A stretch of DNA of 60,309 bases from an uncultured Verrucomicrobiales bacterium (GTDB taxonomy: Bacteria; Verrucomicrobiota; Verrucomicrobiia; Verrucomicrobiales; DEV007). The stretch lies in NCBI GenBank assembly GCA_938091905.1, contig CALKOM010000027.1, forward strand, positions 1-60,309, given 5' to 3'. This document shows, piece after piece, positions 39,459 through 48,463 of the stretch. Position 1 is the stretch's first letter. Each line of letters begins with the position of its first letter. The notes beneath the pieces are model-generated. The model was not told the origin of the DNA and made no database searches. It saw nothing but the letters and a program-made list of their open reading frames with translations. The position numbers and the translations under genes are program-made.

Positions 39459-40568
39459 ATGCGCTGGACATACGCCATTTTTACCTACGGGCTCCTGATC
39501 ATCGTCTACGCTCTCACCCTCTATTTCCTCAAGCTTGGAAGGGTCGAACAGCAGCTCGCCGAAGCCACTCACCATGCACTCCTTGAGCAATTAGAGGACT
39601 CTCCAAAGTTTGAAACGGGCCAGCTTAAGGTCAAGTTCTCTGCCCGCAAAGGAACCGTGTTTGGGGTCGCCAGCACCGCTGCAGGCATGCAGATCGGCCA
39701 AGAAGTCGTCGAAAAGCTCTCTGCCACAGGCCTACCCGAACAAGCTAAAACCGAATACGACTTCGCCGAACTCACTCATGATTGGAAACTTCAGCCATCG
39801 TTCCAGGCCTTTGCTCAAGGCGAGGAGATTGCTCTTCGAGCCCAGCTAGCTCAATCCACCTTAATCATCCTCAAGAACGCCATTTCCAAGGCGACAGGAG
39901 CTGGGCCCGGCTCTCCCATTGATATCGAAACCAATCAACATGAAGCCGATGCCGTCGCGCTCGACAACATCGCAATTCCTGACTGGGAAAACACCTTTGG
40001 ACCAGCCGTAGAGTATTTCTTTAGCAACAAGCGCCTGAGGGAATCTGAAATCGTGGTCACGGCTTCTCAAGAGCTCCGCCTCATTGGAGTCATCGAAACA
40101 GCAAATGAAGCCCAAGCTCTCGAGGAAATCATGCGTGATGGATTCCCCTCTCTGGTAAATAACATTGTCAACATGGTGAGAGTCGAGCGCGAGAGACACC
40201 CACTTGTCCTTAAAGAGGAAAACGGCATCATCACGCTAGAAGGCGTTGCTCCCTCGACAAACAGTCGAGACGAGATCGCGGAATTCCTCCGATCGCAACT
40301 AGCACTCGGACAGCAACTTGAGGCAGCCATCCAAATCCTGCCGGAGGCACCCGTTCCAGATTGGCTCTCCACCAAGCCCACCTTCTTCGAAACCTACCTC
40401 GCATCAATCAAATCTCCACTCATCATCATTGGCTCAGGCGAGGCCATGCTGTGGGGCATCGCGCCAAGCATGGCAGCGGCAGATGAACTTGCCAATCTCG
40501 CTCAGGCCCAGCTAAGTGGCTATACCGTCACGAGCAGACTCACTTTCCCAGAAGAAGCCTCTCCTTAA
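39459..40568 (+). CDS. Membrane-anchored protein with repeated BON-like alpha/beta domains
   Basis: N-terminal TM helix; repeated LxGxx(P/E)s..a...l..la patterns each followed by V.n.l. Confidence 0.55.
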   Translation: MRWTYAIFTYGLLIIVYALTLYFLKLGRVEQQLAEATHHALLEQLEDSPKFETGQLKVKFSARKGTVFGVASTAAGMQIGQEVVEKLSATGLPEQAKTEYDFAELTHDWKLQPSFQAFAQGEEIALRAQLAQSTLIILKNAISKATGAGPGSPIDIETNQHEADAVALDNIAIPDWENTFGPAVEYFFSNKRLRESEIVVTASQELRLIGVIETANEAQALEEIMRDGFPSLVNNIVNMVRVERERHPLVLKEENGIITLEGVAPSTNSRDEIAEFLRSQLALGQQLEAAIQILPEAPVPDWLSTKPTFFETYLASIKSPLIIIGSGEAMLWGIAPSMAAADELANLAQAQLSGYTVTSRLTFPEEASP

Positions 40569-40585
40569 GAACTCATTTCCTGATC

Positions 40586-41986
40586 ATGCCCGACTTTGAA
40601 CTCCTGCTTCCAGATCTGATCACGGCGACGATCTTCGTCCTTGCCTCGGCGTTGGTCACCTTTCTCCTCTGTCGCTGGCGGGAGCGTCATCAAGATCGCG
40701 GAAATGCCTCGCACTTTGGCGACAGTGATTCCTTTGAAGTCCAGCAAAAGATGATGCGACTCACAGCCGAGATAGCCGACTACGAAGAACGAGACGGCAA
40801 CGCCCTAACACGCATCCAAGATCTGGAGCAAGAAATCGCCGCCACGGACAAACGTCAGCAGGAGACACTACAGGAAGTAACGCGCGCGAAACGCACCCTC
40901 GCAAACACCACTGCGGCCTTGGAAACGGCCAAGCATGAGCGTGATCAACTGGCTCAAGAAATGCAAACGCTGCAAAAGGAGCACGAGGTTCTTGCTGCGC
41001 GTGAAGAGAATCTCCATGGCTCTGAAAAAAAGGTCCTTGAACTCACAGAAGCTCTTCGCGAATCTGAGTATCAAGTGTCCCGACTGGGCACTGAGATCCA
41101 ACTCATCAACACAATACAAACCGAGTTCGAGGGCCTTCGCACCGACAACCGCGATCTTGAAGAAGATCTTGATCGGCTTCGCAAAGACAACGGGTCCTTG
41201 GAAACCCACGTCAATCGGCTCACGGCTGACGCCCATGCCGAACGCCAGCAACGCCGGCAAACTGAACGGGAACTCAACGAGGTCAGAGCCACCATGGCCA
41301 CTCTCCAGGCCTCCCCGCCTGATTCTGCTCCAATAGGTTTAGTTGCAGACGCACCAACTGATCCTAACAACGATGCGTTGACAGCAATCGAAGGCATCCC
41401 GGCTGGGATCGAGGCCAAGCTCAACGATATTGGGATCACTCATTGGGCCCAGATTGCTGCCTGGACTGAGGACGATGTTAGCAATTATTCAGATCAATTG
41501 GGTTTCCAGGACCGCATCCAACGAGATCGCTGGGTCGAGCAAGCTCGAACTCTCAGTGGCTCGGACGCAGTCTCCACGCCCTCGCAAGAAAGCGACAGCA
41601 CTGCAGGCACCTCAGACGAAGAGAAGAAGCCAGACGAAGAGATCGATCAATTTACTCTCTTCGCCTCCGAACCAATCGAGGACCCTGTATCACTGTCCGA
41701 ATCTCCCTCGGACGGCGAACTCCTTCTCGAAGATCCCAGCCTAGGCCATGTCTATCGTCGGCCACCCAGCATCATCGATGATCTCACACGGATAAAAGGA
41801 GTCGCTCGGGTAATCGAAGGGCGCCTCCACGAAATTGGGATCTTCCGCTTCAAACAGATTGCTGATTGGACCGACTCCAATGTGGAAGCCTTCTCCAAGC
41901 GCCTCAGCTTCAAGGAGCGCATCCAGCGGGACCAGTGGATCTCACAGTGTGAGAATCTTCATCGAGAGAAATACGGCAGTTCCTGA
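40586..41986 (+). CDS. TM plus long coiled-coil protein with two helix-hairpin-helix (COG3743-like) domains
   Basis: TM helix, about 190 aa of heptads, then DALTAIEGI...LNDIGITHWAQIAAWT...RIQRDRWVEQA and DDLTRIKGV...LHEIGIFRFKQIADWT...RIQRDQWISQC. Confidence 0.75.
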   Translation: MPDFELLLPDLITATIFVLASALVTFLLCRWRERHQDRGNASHFGDSDSFEVQQKMMRLTAEIADYEERDGNALTRIQDLEQEIAATDKRQQETLQEVTRAKRTLANTTAALETAKHERDQLAQEMQTLQKEHEVLAAREENLHGSEKKVLELTEALRESEYQVSRLGTEIQLINTIQTEFEGLRTDNRDLEEDLDRLRKDNGSLETHVNRLTADAHAERQQRRQTERELNEVRATMATLQASPPDSAPIGLVADAPTDPNNDALTAIEGIPAGIEAKLNDIGITHWAQIAAWTEDDVSNYSDQLGFQDRIQRDRWVEQARTLSGSDAVSTPSQESDSTAGTSDEEKKPDEEIDQFTLFASEPIEDPVSLSESPSDGELLLEDPSLGHVYRRPPSIIDDLTRIKGVARVIEGRLHEIGIFRFKQIADWTDSNVEAFSKRLSFKERIQRDQWISQCENLHREKYGSS

Positions 41987-42036
41987 TTCTTCGTTGTCAA
42001 CGCCTCATCGCCGCCCTACGGTTGCAAGACGGCGCG

Positions 42037-42498
42037 ATGACCACCCTGCTCACCATCTCATTCCTGCTCGTGGCCGGATCTATGTTTGCTAAGTTCCTCA
42101 CAGAGTGGCTAAGCAACCGCCCCGAACCAGGAAGCGACGACAGTCCTGAAGACATCTTGGCAGAAATGGAGGCCGCCTTTGTTCAACGTGAGATCCTCAC
42201 ATTCACAGTACATACAAATTCTGTCGGTGTCATGCTCCACCGGCTCACAGAAGCCGTCGGCCTCGGCTTCGGCACACGCCAGGCGGAAACTCTGGCCTAC
42301 CGAATCTCCAACCAGCACTCCCGGGAGTATTTCTCGGCCGTCTACCCTGTCGAGGTGAACAGTATCTCTAGTGACCTTGAGTTTCAGTGGTGCCGCGAAG
42401 AGGAGTGGACCGCAAGGATCGCCATTTGCGCAGTAGATGACGTGATCACCTTCGCTACAGACGCGATTGCCGATCTCGTGATCGAACAGCATTCGTAA
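42037..42498 (+). CDS. Hypothetical protein with an N-terminal membrane anchor
   Basis: Fills the gap in a co-oriented run of genes; hydrophobic N-terminus. Confidence 0.55.
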   Translation: MTTLLTISFLLVAGSMFAKFLTEWLSNRPEPGSDDSPEDILAEMEAAFVQREILTFTVHTNSVGVMLHRLTEAVGLGFGTRQAETLAYRISNQHSREYFSAVYPVEVNSISSDLEFQWCREEEWTARIAICAVDDVITFATDAIADLVIEQHS

Positions 42499-42515
42499 GT
42501 TTAGCGAGTTCCGTC

Positions 42516-43736
42516 TTGAAAGATCCTCTAAGGCACCTCGGACCCGGAACGCTCATTGCCGCAGCGTTCATCGGTCCTGGCACAGTGACAGCTTGTACCG
42601 TGGCAGGCGCAAACTATCATGTCACTCTGCTCTGGGCCATGGCCCTATCGATCGTAGCAACCATTGTCCTCCAGGAAATGGCCGCACGGTTAGGGCTCAT
42701 TCATGGCAAAGGACTAGCCGAGACAGTTAAGGAGCAAATCAAGCCTCCAATAGTGAAGGCCTTTGCCCTGTTCGTCGTGTTGTCAGCGATCCTCGTGGGC
42801 AATGCCGCGTACGAAGCAGGAAACATCAGCGGTGGCGCGCTCGGCTTGGAAACAATCTTCCCTTGGACCAACGTGACCATCGCTGGCTCTTCTCGGAACC
42901 TTGCCCCTTTAGGTATGGGCACCACTGCCTTCGTCCTCCTCTTCATCGGAAACTACAAGACAATCGAACGATGCCTTGTCGTGTTAGTGCTTCTCATGAG
43001 CCTTTCCTTTATAATTACTGCGTTAGTGACTCGACCCAATTGGAGCGAGGTTGCCAAAGGGATCTTCGTCCTACGCGTACCTGAGGGTAGCTGGTTGACC
43101 ATCATAGCCCTCTTTGGCACGACAGTCGTTCCTTACAATCTCTTTCTCCACGCCTCCTTGGTCCGAGAGAAATGGAAGGGCGCAAACGACCTTATGGCTG
43201 CCCGCAGAGACACCTACGTCTCCATCATCGGCGGTGGCCTCGTATCCATGGCCATCATCATCTGCGCCTCAGGAATCGATTCTAGCAGCACCGTTAAGCA
43301 TGCCGCCGATCTCGCTAGAGGATTGGAACCTCTCTACGGAACCTACGCGAAGTACTTTCTTAGTATCGGCATGTTCGCCGCAGGCATCACCTCAGCCATC
43401 ACCGCCCCACTAGCCGCTGCCTATGTTGCCAAAGGCCTGTTTGGGTGGGACTCCAATCTTCAATCCGCACGTTTCCGAACCGTCTGGATTATTGTTCTCA
43501 CGATTGGCGTCATCATCTCATCTTGTGGCTACAGACCAATCGAAGTCATTCAGTTTGCCCAAATTGCCAACGGATTCCTCCTCCCGATCATCGCTTCCTT
43601 CCTCCTCTGGATCGTCAATCGCCGTGCCGTCCTTGGCGACCACATCAACAGCCCCCGACAGAACATCTTCGGTGTCCTCATTGTCCTAGCGACGATCGCG
43701 TTGGGCATCAGAGGAGTTCTTAAAGCGCTATTCTGA
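42516..43736 (+). CDS. NRAMP-related transporter (YcsG-like clade)
   Basis: About 11 TM helices. AAAFIGPGT and TTVVPYN replace the canonical MntH motifs DPGN and MPHN. Confidence 0.8.
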   Translation: MKDPLRHLGPGTLIAAAFIGPGTVTACTVAGANYHVTLLWAMALSIVATIVLQEMAARLGLIHGKGLAETVKEQIKPPIVKAFALFVVLSAILVGNAAYEAGNISGGALGLETIFPWTNVTIAGSSRNLAPLGMGTTAFVLLFIGNYKTIERCLVVLVLLMSLSFIITALVTRPNWSEVAKGIFVLRVPEGSWLTIIALFGTTVVPYNLFLHASLVREKWKGANDLMAARRDTYVSIIGGGLVSMAIIICASGIDSSSTVKHAADLARGLEPLYGTYAKYFLSIGMFAAGITSAITAPLAAAYVAKGLFGWDSNLQSARFRTVWIIVLTIGVIISSCGYRPIEVIQFAQIANGFLLPIIASFLLWIVNRRAVLGDHINSPRQNIFGVLIVLATIALGIRGVLKALF

Positions 43737-43763
43737 CGACAACGATCAACGGCCGTATGAGAG

Positions 43764-46700
43764 CTATTGCATCGTCACACGAACCCGCACGAACTTTCGT
43801 GCTCCTGAACCACTCGCAATCTTTGCTTCAACCCGTTCCGTGCCATCACCATTGTCTTGAAGCACGTTGAGCTCCTGCACCGTAGCCGGTCCCCAGTTCT
43901 GGTCGTCAGGATCAGGCGTGATTCCGTTCTCTTCCACAATGTAGGTGAGTCCGTGTAGAGCCCCCTTCCGACGATCAAACTCGATGCAAACTTCAGTGCT
44001 AGTGGCACCACCATCAATCTCTGGCTCCACCTGATCCACCCCCAAACCAAACGCATACTCAACCAGGAGACTCTCACCATTGTTCTCAGGATCCATAGTA
44101 AAATCCGTAGACAAGGGCAATTGCCGAGACGCCAACCAGCTAAGCGGTTCAGAGAGTGCGCTGTCCGTCCAGAGAGCAAGCTCCCAGCAGTCGATTCTCC
44201 CTGCGGTAGCGGAAGAGTCACCGGTAAACGGATCTTCAAAATAGAGGTCCCAGATTCCGTTAGGGCTATCTCCATCGAAGACGCTGAAGGCCAAACCATT
44301 GGGAACAGAAGGTGCTGGTGAAGCAAAGCCGTTCCACATGGGATCCACCTGATGTGAAGGCGCATAAATGCCACTGGTAGGCGTGTCGCTGATACCCAAC
44401 GTCGCCGCTGCGTTATCTTCGAACGCGATGTCCACGTTGCTGACACTTGAACCGCCGCCAACGGCGTACCAAGGAACCATCTTATCGCCGCTCGGAGCAA
44501 CCAATAGCGCCGCCGTATGGATGGGGTCAGAGCTCGCATAATCGCGTAATGTCAGCCGGGTCTTCATGATGTTCCCTGTCAATCCACTCACTGACAGTGA
44601 ACTCGGATAGGGTGTGGCCGTATCATAAAGAAACAGAGCAATGTCATCGCTCTGTTCAAAGATTACCGGGTCGGCAGCAGTGTGAGGCAGAACCGTGATG
44701 GTGAAAGAAATGTTGGTGCACGCCCCATGCTCGTCGGTCACATAGGCAGTAATCGTTGAAAGCCCAGACACATTGGACTGAAGAGAGACGCTGATGGTCA
44801 CTTGACCAGTGCCTGTTGACAGCGACGCCCGGCTCGTGTCTACCAAAGCGCCTAGCGTGGATGTCATCGAAATGTCAAGGTCATTGCACGGCGTCAGATC
44901 GTCCGACAGACTCAAGACAAAGGACGCTGCGTCCGCATTAAACGGCACACTGATATTCGCCACGCTGCCTACGACAGGAGCAGTATTGGTCTGTAACATT
45001 GCCGTTTCACTGTGAACACTTCCCACACTATTGGTGATTTTTACCCAATAACGTGTGGGGGTCGCAGGCACGACCATCGAAAGTGAAGCCGCATTCTTGC
45101 TAGCAAGTGGTGATGACTCATCACCTGAATCCCCTTCATACCACTGATAAGAAAGGGTTGCATCGCCAATGGCCGTCACTGCAAGTACTCCCATCTCGCC
45201 AGCCTCTCGAGCACTATCATTCGGCTGCTCCGTGATCTGCGGCAAGCCTTGGCTTATCAGGTCGGCTTCATAGATAGTTCCATTGTCCCCCACTGAAAAC
45301 AATCGCCCATTGGCAAACGCAACGCCGTTCTGCGCAATCGCAGCACTGTGAGAAGGCGCGGTTACCCAAGCCGCGCCATCGATGGAAGTAGCCGCCGTCT
45401 GAACTCCTGACCAGTCTCCCGTGATGTAGTAAAACCCGTCGGTGACAACCATATCATTCGCAAAAATCTCGATATCGGTATCCAAATAATCCCAGGAAAG
45501 CCCATCCGATGACGTCAGTACATCCTGCGGCGAACCATAGCTCGTGATGATGACAAACTGATTGCCATCGTAACGAACCGTCTTGCCATGAAAGAAGGGC
45601 GTCGAAATGGCTGTCCATGTCGTCCCTGCATCGGTCGAACGGTAGAGCAACGAATCCGTTCCCACCGCGACAAACACACCGTCACCATACGCGACCGCCC
45701 GAAAGTCATCCGGGATCGCCGGGGAAACACTACGATCCGTCCATGCCGTCCCATCTGCTGAGGAATAGATCATGCCGTCAGTGCCAACGGCAACAAACGC
45801 ACCGCTTCCATAGGCAACATCACGAAAGATCCTCAGTTCACCATTAAGCGGAGTCGTCCAAATACTCCCATTCACACTCCGCTGGATGGTCCCACGCCAA
45901 TCTGACGCCGAGAAGTCATAATCCTGGCCCACCCCAACAAAAGCACCGCCACCAAAAGCCACACGATACTGAAACTGATTAATTCCAATCGATTGGCTTC
46001 GATTCCATGTATTGCCTTCAGAAGAATAGGCTGCGTAATTGTGTCCCGCAATCACATATAAACCATTACCATAGGCCATGTCGTAGAGGCGATTCGATTC
46101 AGCGTAGGTCCGCTGTGTCCAAGGATCAGAAACAGTGATGACCATGGTCGCACTTGCCGATTCCCCTTTGCAGTCTGTCGCAGTCACCGTCACCGTGTAG
46201 GTCCCTGAGCCTACAAACACTTTCTCAACTTGGTCGCCAAATCCATGGGCCGTGCCATCTCCGAAATCCCAACCATAGTAGATGGGATCACCATCGGCAT
46301 CCGTTGCGGAAGCCTTCAAGGTAATCGGCTCCCCCAATGATTGGGCGGTTGTGGGACCGGAGATTGCCAATCCTGTCGGCGCTTGATTGCCAGGAAACGC
46401 TCCGTTCATGACACAAACATCGATATACTCATTTGGAGCACTACCGCCATAGGCTACCGGGGTAATGTGCACCGTCTCCGTCGTCGCACTTTCGGTCCAT
46501 GACGTCGTCAGCGTCTTCCCAACCTGCAATGGCGCATCTTCTCGATCCGTCGTACTGTCTGCTTCGGAATCAGGTGTGGTGTCCACCAAGCGGGACAAAT
46601 TGGAAGAGCTCTTCCACGTGACGTAGGCCCCACTCTTAAGCAGAGGGTTGGTCGTCAAACTACGCCGATAGCCAAGCCAGATAGAATCATCATTCTGATA

Positions 46701-48293
46701 GGGAATGCGCAAAGCCTTCGTCCCGGACGTAGTGGTATGATCAACCCGGTGAATACGATAGACTTTGTCGTCCGTCACCTCACTAACCTCGGGACCTTCG
46801 ATCCAATTGAGTTCGTGTTTCGCCCACATGTTGAAATGTCCCTGTGGCGTAGGGCAACTTCCCATGATGTCAAAGACATCGCCGTACTCAAGTTCTCCCC
46901 CAGTGCCGAACGCACTCCCGTCTGTCGTCGACCAGAATCTTGCGTGAGGTAAGCCATAATTGTGGCCGAACTCGTGAACCATCGTCTCCGCTTCGAACGA
47001 GCCGTTGATCCATTGATTCGAACCACCCCGCGTCGCCAACCCGTCCCAGCTAATGCCTATGTTCGCAAATAGGTAAACATAAATGTCGTAGTCCTCCAGC
47101 GTGTAGTCAGCTCCGGCCAAAACCTGGGTATCAACCTCGATCGCATCGGCTCCAAGGCTCTGACCGGCTGGGGAGTTGGCTTCCAAAGTCTGGTAGGAAG
47201 CAGCCGTCTGAGGAAGACGATACACCGTGGGAGCGACGGTCTGCAGAATGGATGTTTTCCCATAGGACATCGCTACAATCTGATCTGAAGATTCCGAAAT
47301 CAATGCTCCAAGAGCGATGTCATCAATTGGATTGCCGACATTGTCACTAAAGTCGACTCTAATGAAAAGGACCTTCTTGGGGGTCTCAGTCCAATCCGAG
47401 CTTGATTGCTGAGCCTGGCTGAACATGCCAGGTAGGTCCACACTGCCTCCACTAGCCAAGTTCACGAGGATTGGTTCAAACACCTCAGGCCCTATCAACG
47501 TCTCTATCTCTGACAGCGTGGATTCCAGGTTTGCCAGAGACTTGCCATCCTCAAACGCAAACACCATGTTGCCGATCAAGGCTCTCATCGTCCCGTCACT
47601 CTCATTCAGCGTGATTGGGTCACGAGTAAGTCCACGAGGACCCGTTTCAAACATGGCTTCTGCAGCCTCAAATTCGTCAGCGCTCAATCGATGCACAGGC
47701 GATGGCTGAAGCACCGCCTCCTTGCCGAGACGAAGCCCAAAGGCGCCCACTCGCTGTTTCGAAGACAACCCGTCACGTCGACCGAAAGGATACCACGTCA
47801 ACGTCTCGCCATTCACCTTGAGCTGGTGACGATCGCCCGATGCTACTCCAGATTCAATCCCGCAGTTCGGCAAGCGCTCGTAAGACCCGATACCAGCGAA
47901 AGGACGCTCAATCAGTGAGGCCACTTCATCTGGCAATCCAGCATAGACTCGCAATGACAGCACGTTCTTCCAAGCTCTTTCAGGATCTGAACGCATCCAA
48001 TCTAACATTTGCTCACTTCTCTGCACTGCCAGCGCTCTACCCTTCTCCAAGAGCGACGGGCGCGCAGCGGCCGACGCTTCAAGATAACGCTCAGCCCAAA
48101 TCAGAAACGGCGACTCCTCGGCGCTGGCCTCGGCTAGGCTCGACACAACGGGCAACAACGCTGGCGCCTCGCCACGACTAAGGTCCCTTGCTCCATCCAA
48201 CGTGCCTGGAGGTAAATTTGGCTGCCAAAGGACGATTACAAACAGAACAACAAGGAAAAAGGCAAGAGCAGTAAACGCAGACAGTTTCATCAT
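43764..48293 (-). CDS. Large secreted multidomain zinc metallopeptidase (M11/gametolysin-like; PKD, beta-propeller, Ig and P-domain-like modules)
   Basis: HEFGHNYGLPH with a Met-turn (DIMG), PKD WDFGDG, repeats of VAYG.G.FVAVG..G..Y.S.DG..W, an Ig-like LSYQWY, and SPNGIWDL. Confidence 0.8.
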   Translation of the reverse strand: MMKLSAFTALAFFLVVLFVIVLWQPNLPPGTLDGARDLSRGEAPALLPVVSSLAEASAEESPFLIWAERYLEASAAARPSLLEKGRALAVQRSEQMLDWMRSDPERAWKNVLSLRVYAGLPDEVASLIERPFAGIGSYERLPNCGIESGVASGDRHQLKVNGETLTWYPFGRRDGLSSKQRVGAFGLRLGKEAVLQPSPVHRLSADEFEAAEAMFETGPRGLTRDPITLNESDGTMRALIGNMVFAFEDGKSLANLESTLSEIETLIGPEVFEPILVNLASGGSVDLPGMFSQAQQSSSDWTETPKKVLFIRVDFSDNVGNPIDDIALGALISESSDQIVAMSYGKTSILQTVAPTVYRLPQTAASYQTLEANSPAGQSLGADAIEVDTQVLAGADYTLEDYDIYVYLFANIGISWDGLATRGGSNQWINGSFEAETMVHEFGHNYGLPHARFWSTTDGSAFGTGGELEYGDVFDIMGSCPTPQGHFNMWAKHELNWIEGPEVSEVTDDKVYRIHRVDHTTTSGTKALRIPYQNDDSIWLGYRRSLTTNPLLKSGAYVTWKSSSNLSRLVDTTPDSEADSTTDREDAPLQVGKTLTTSWTESATTETVHITPVAYGGSAPNEYIDVCVMNGAFPGNQAPTGLAISGPTTAQSLGEPITLKASATDADGDPIYYGWDFGDGTAHGFGDQVEKVFVGSGTYTVTVTATDCKGESASATMVITVSDPWTQRTYAESNRLYDMAYGNGLYVIAGHNYAAYSSEGNTWNRSQSIGINQFQYRVAFGGGAFVGVGQDYDFSASDWRGTIQRSVNGSIWTTPLNGELRIFRDVAYGSGAFVAVGTDGMIYSSADGTAWTDRSVSPAIPDDFRAVAYGDGVFVAVGTDSLLYRSTDAGTTWTAISTPFFHGKTVRYDGNQFVIITSYGSPQDVLTSSDGLSWDYLDTDIEIFANDMVVTDGFYYITGDWSGVQTAATSIDGAAWVTAPSHSAAIAQNGVAFANGRLFSVGDNGTIYEADLISQGLPQITEQPNDSAREAGEMGVLAVTAIGDATLSYQWYEGDSGDESSPLASKNAASLSMVVPATPTRYWVKITNSVGSVHSETAMLQTNTAPVVGSVANISVPFNADAASFVLSLSDDLTPCNDLDISMTSTLGALVDTSRASLSTGTGQVTISVSLQSNVSGLSTITAYVTDEHGACTNISFTITVLPHTAADPVIFEQSDDIALFLYDTATPYPSSLSVSGLTGNIMKTRLTLRDYASSDPIHTAALLVAPSGDKMVPWYAVGGGSSVSNVDIAFEDNAAATLGISDTPTSGIYAPSHQVDPMWNGFASPAPSVPNGLAFSVFDGDSPNGIWDLYFEDPFTGDSSATAGRIDCWELALWTDSALSEPLSWLASRQLPLSTDFTMDPENNGESLLVEYAFGLGVDQVEPEIDGGATSTEVCIEFDRRKGALHGLTYIVEENGITPDPDDQNWGPATVQELNVLQDNGDGTERVEAKIASGSGARKFVRVRVTMQ

Positions 48294-48463
48294 GGGAAAC
48301 CTAAAAGATCAATTCTCCACAGAGCGACTACAAATGGGGATATCTGAAGATCATTCCAATCATCCTAATACTTCGTCTCGAGTTCATAGGATAAATCCAA
48401 GACTCCTGGAAACACACTATTAAGACAAAGCCTTTCTTTCAAATCTGAGACGCACAAACCACA

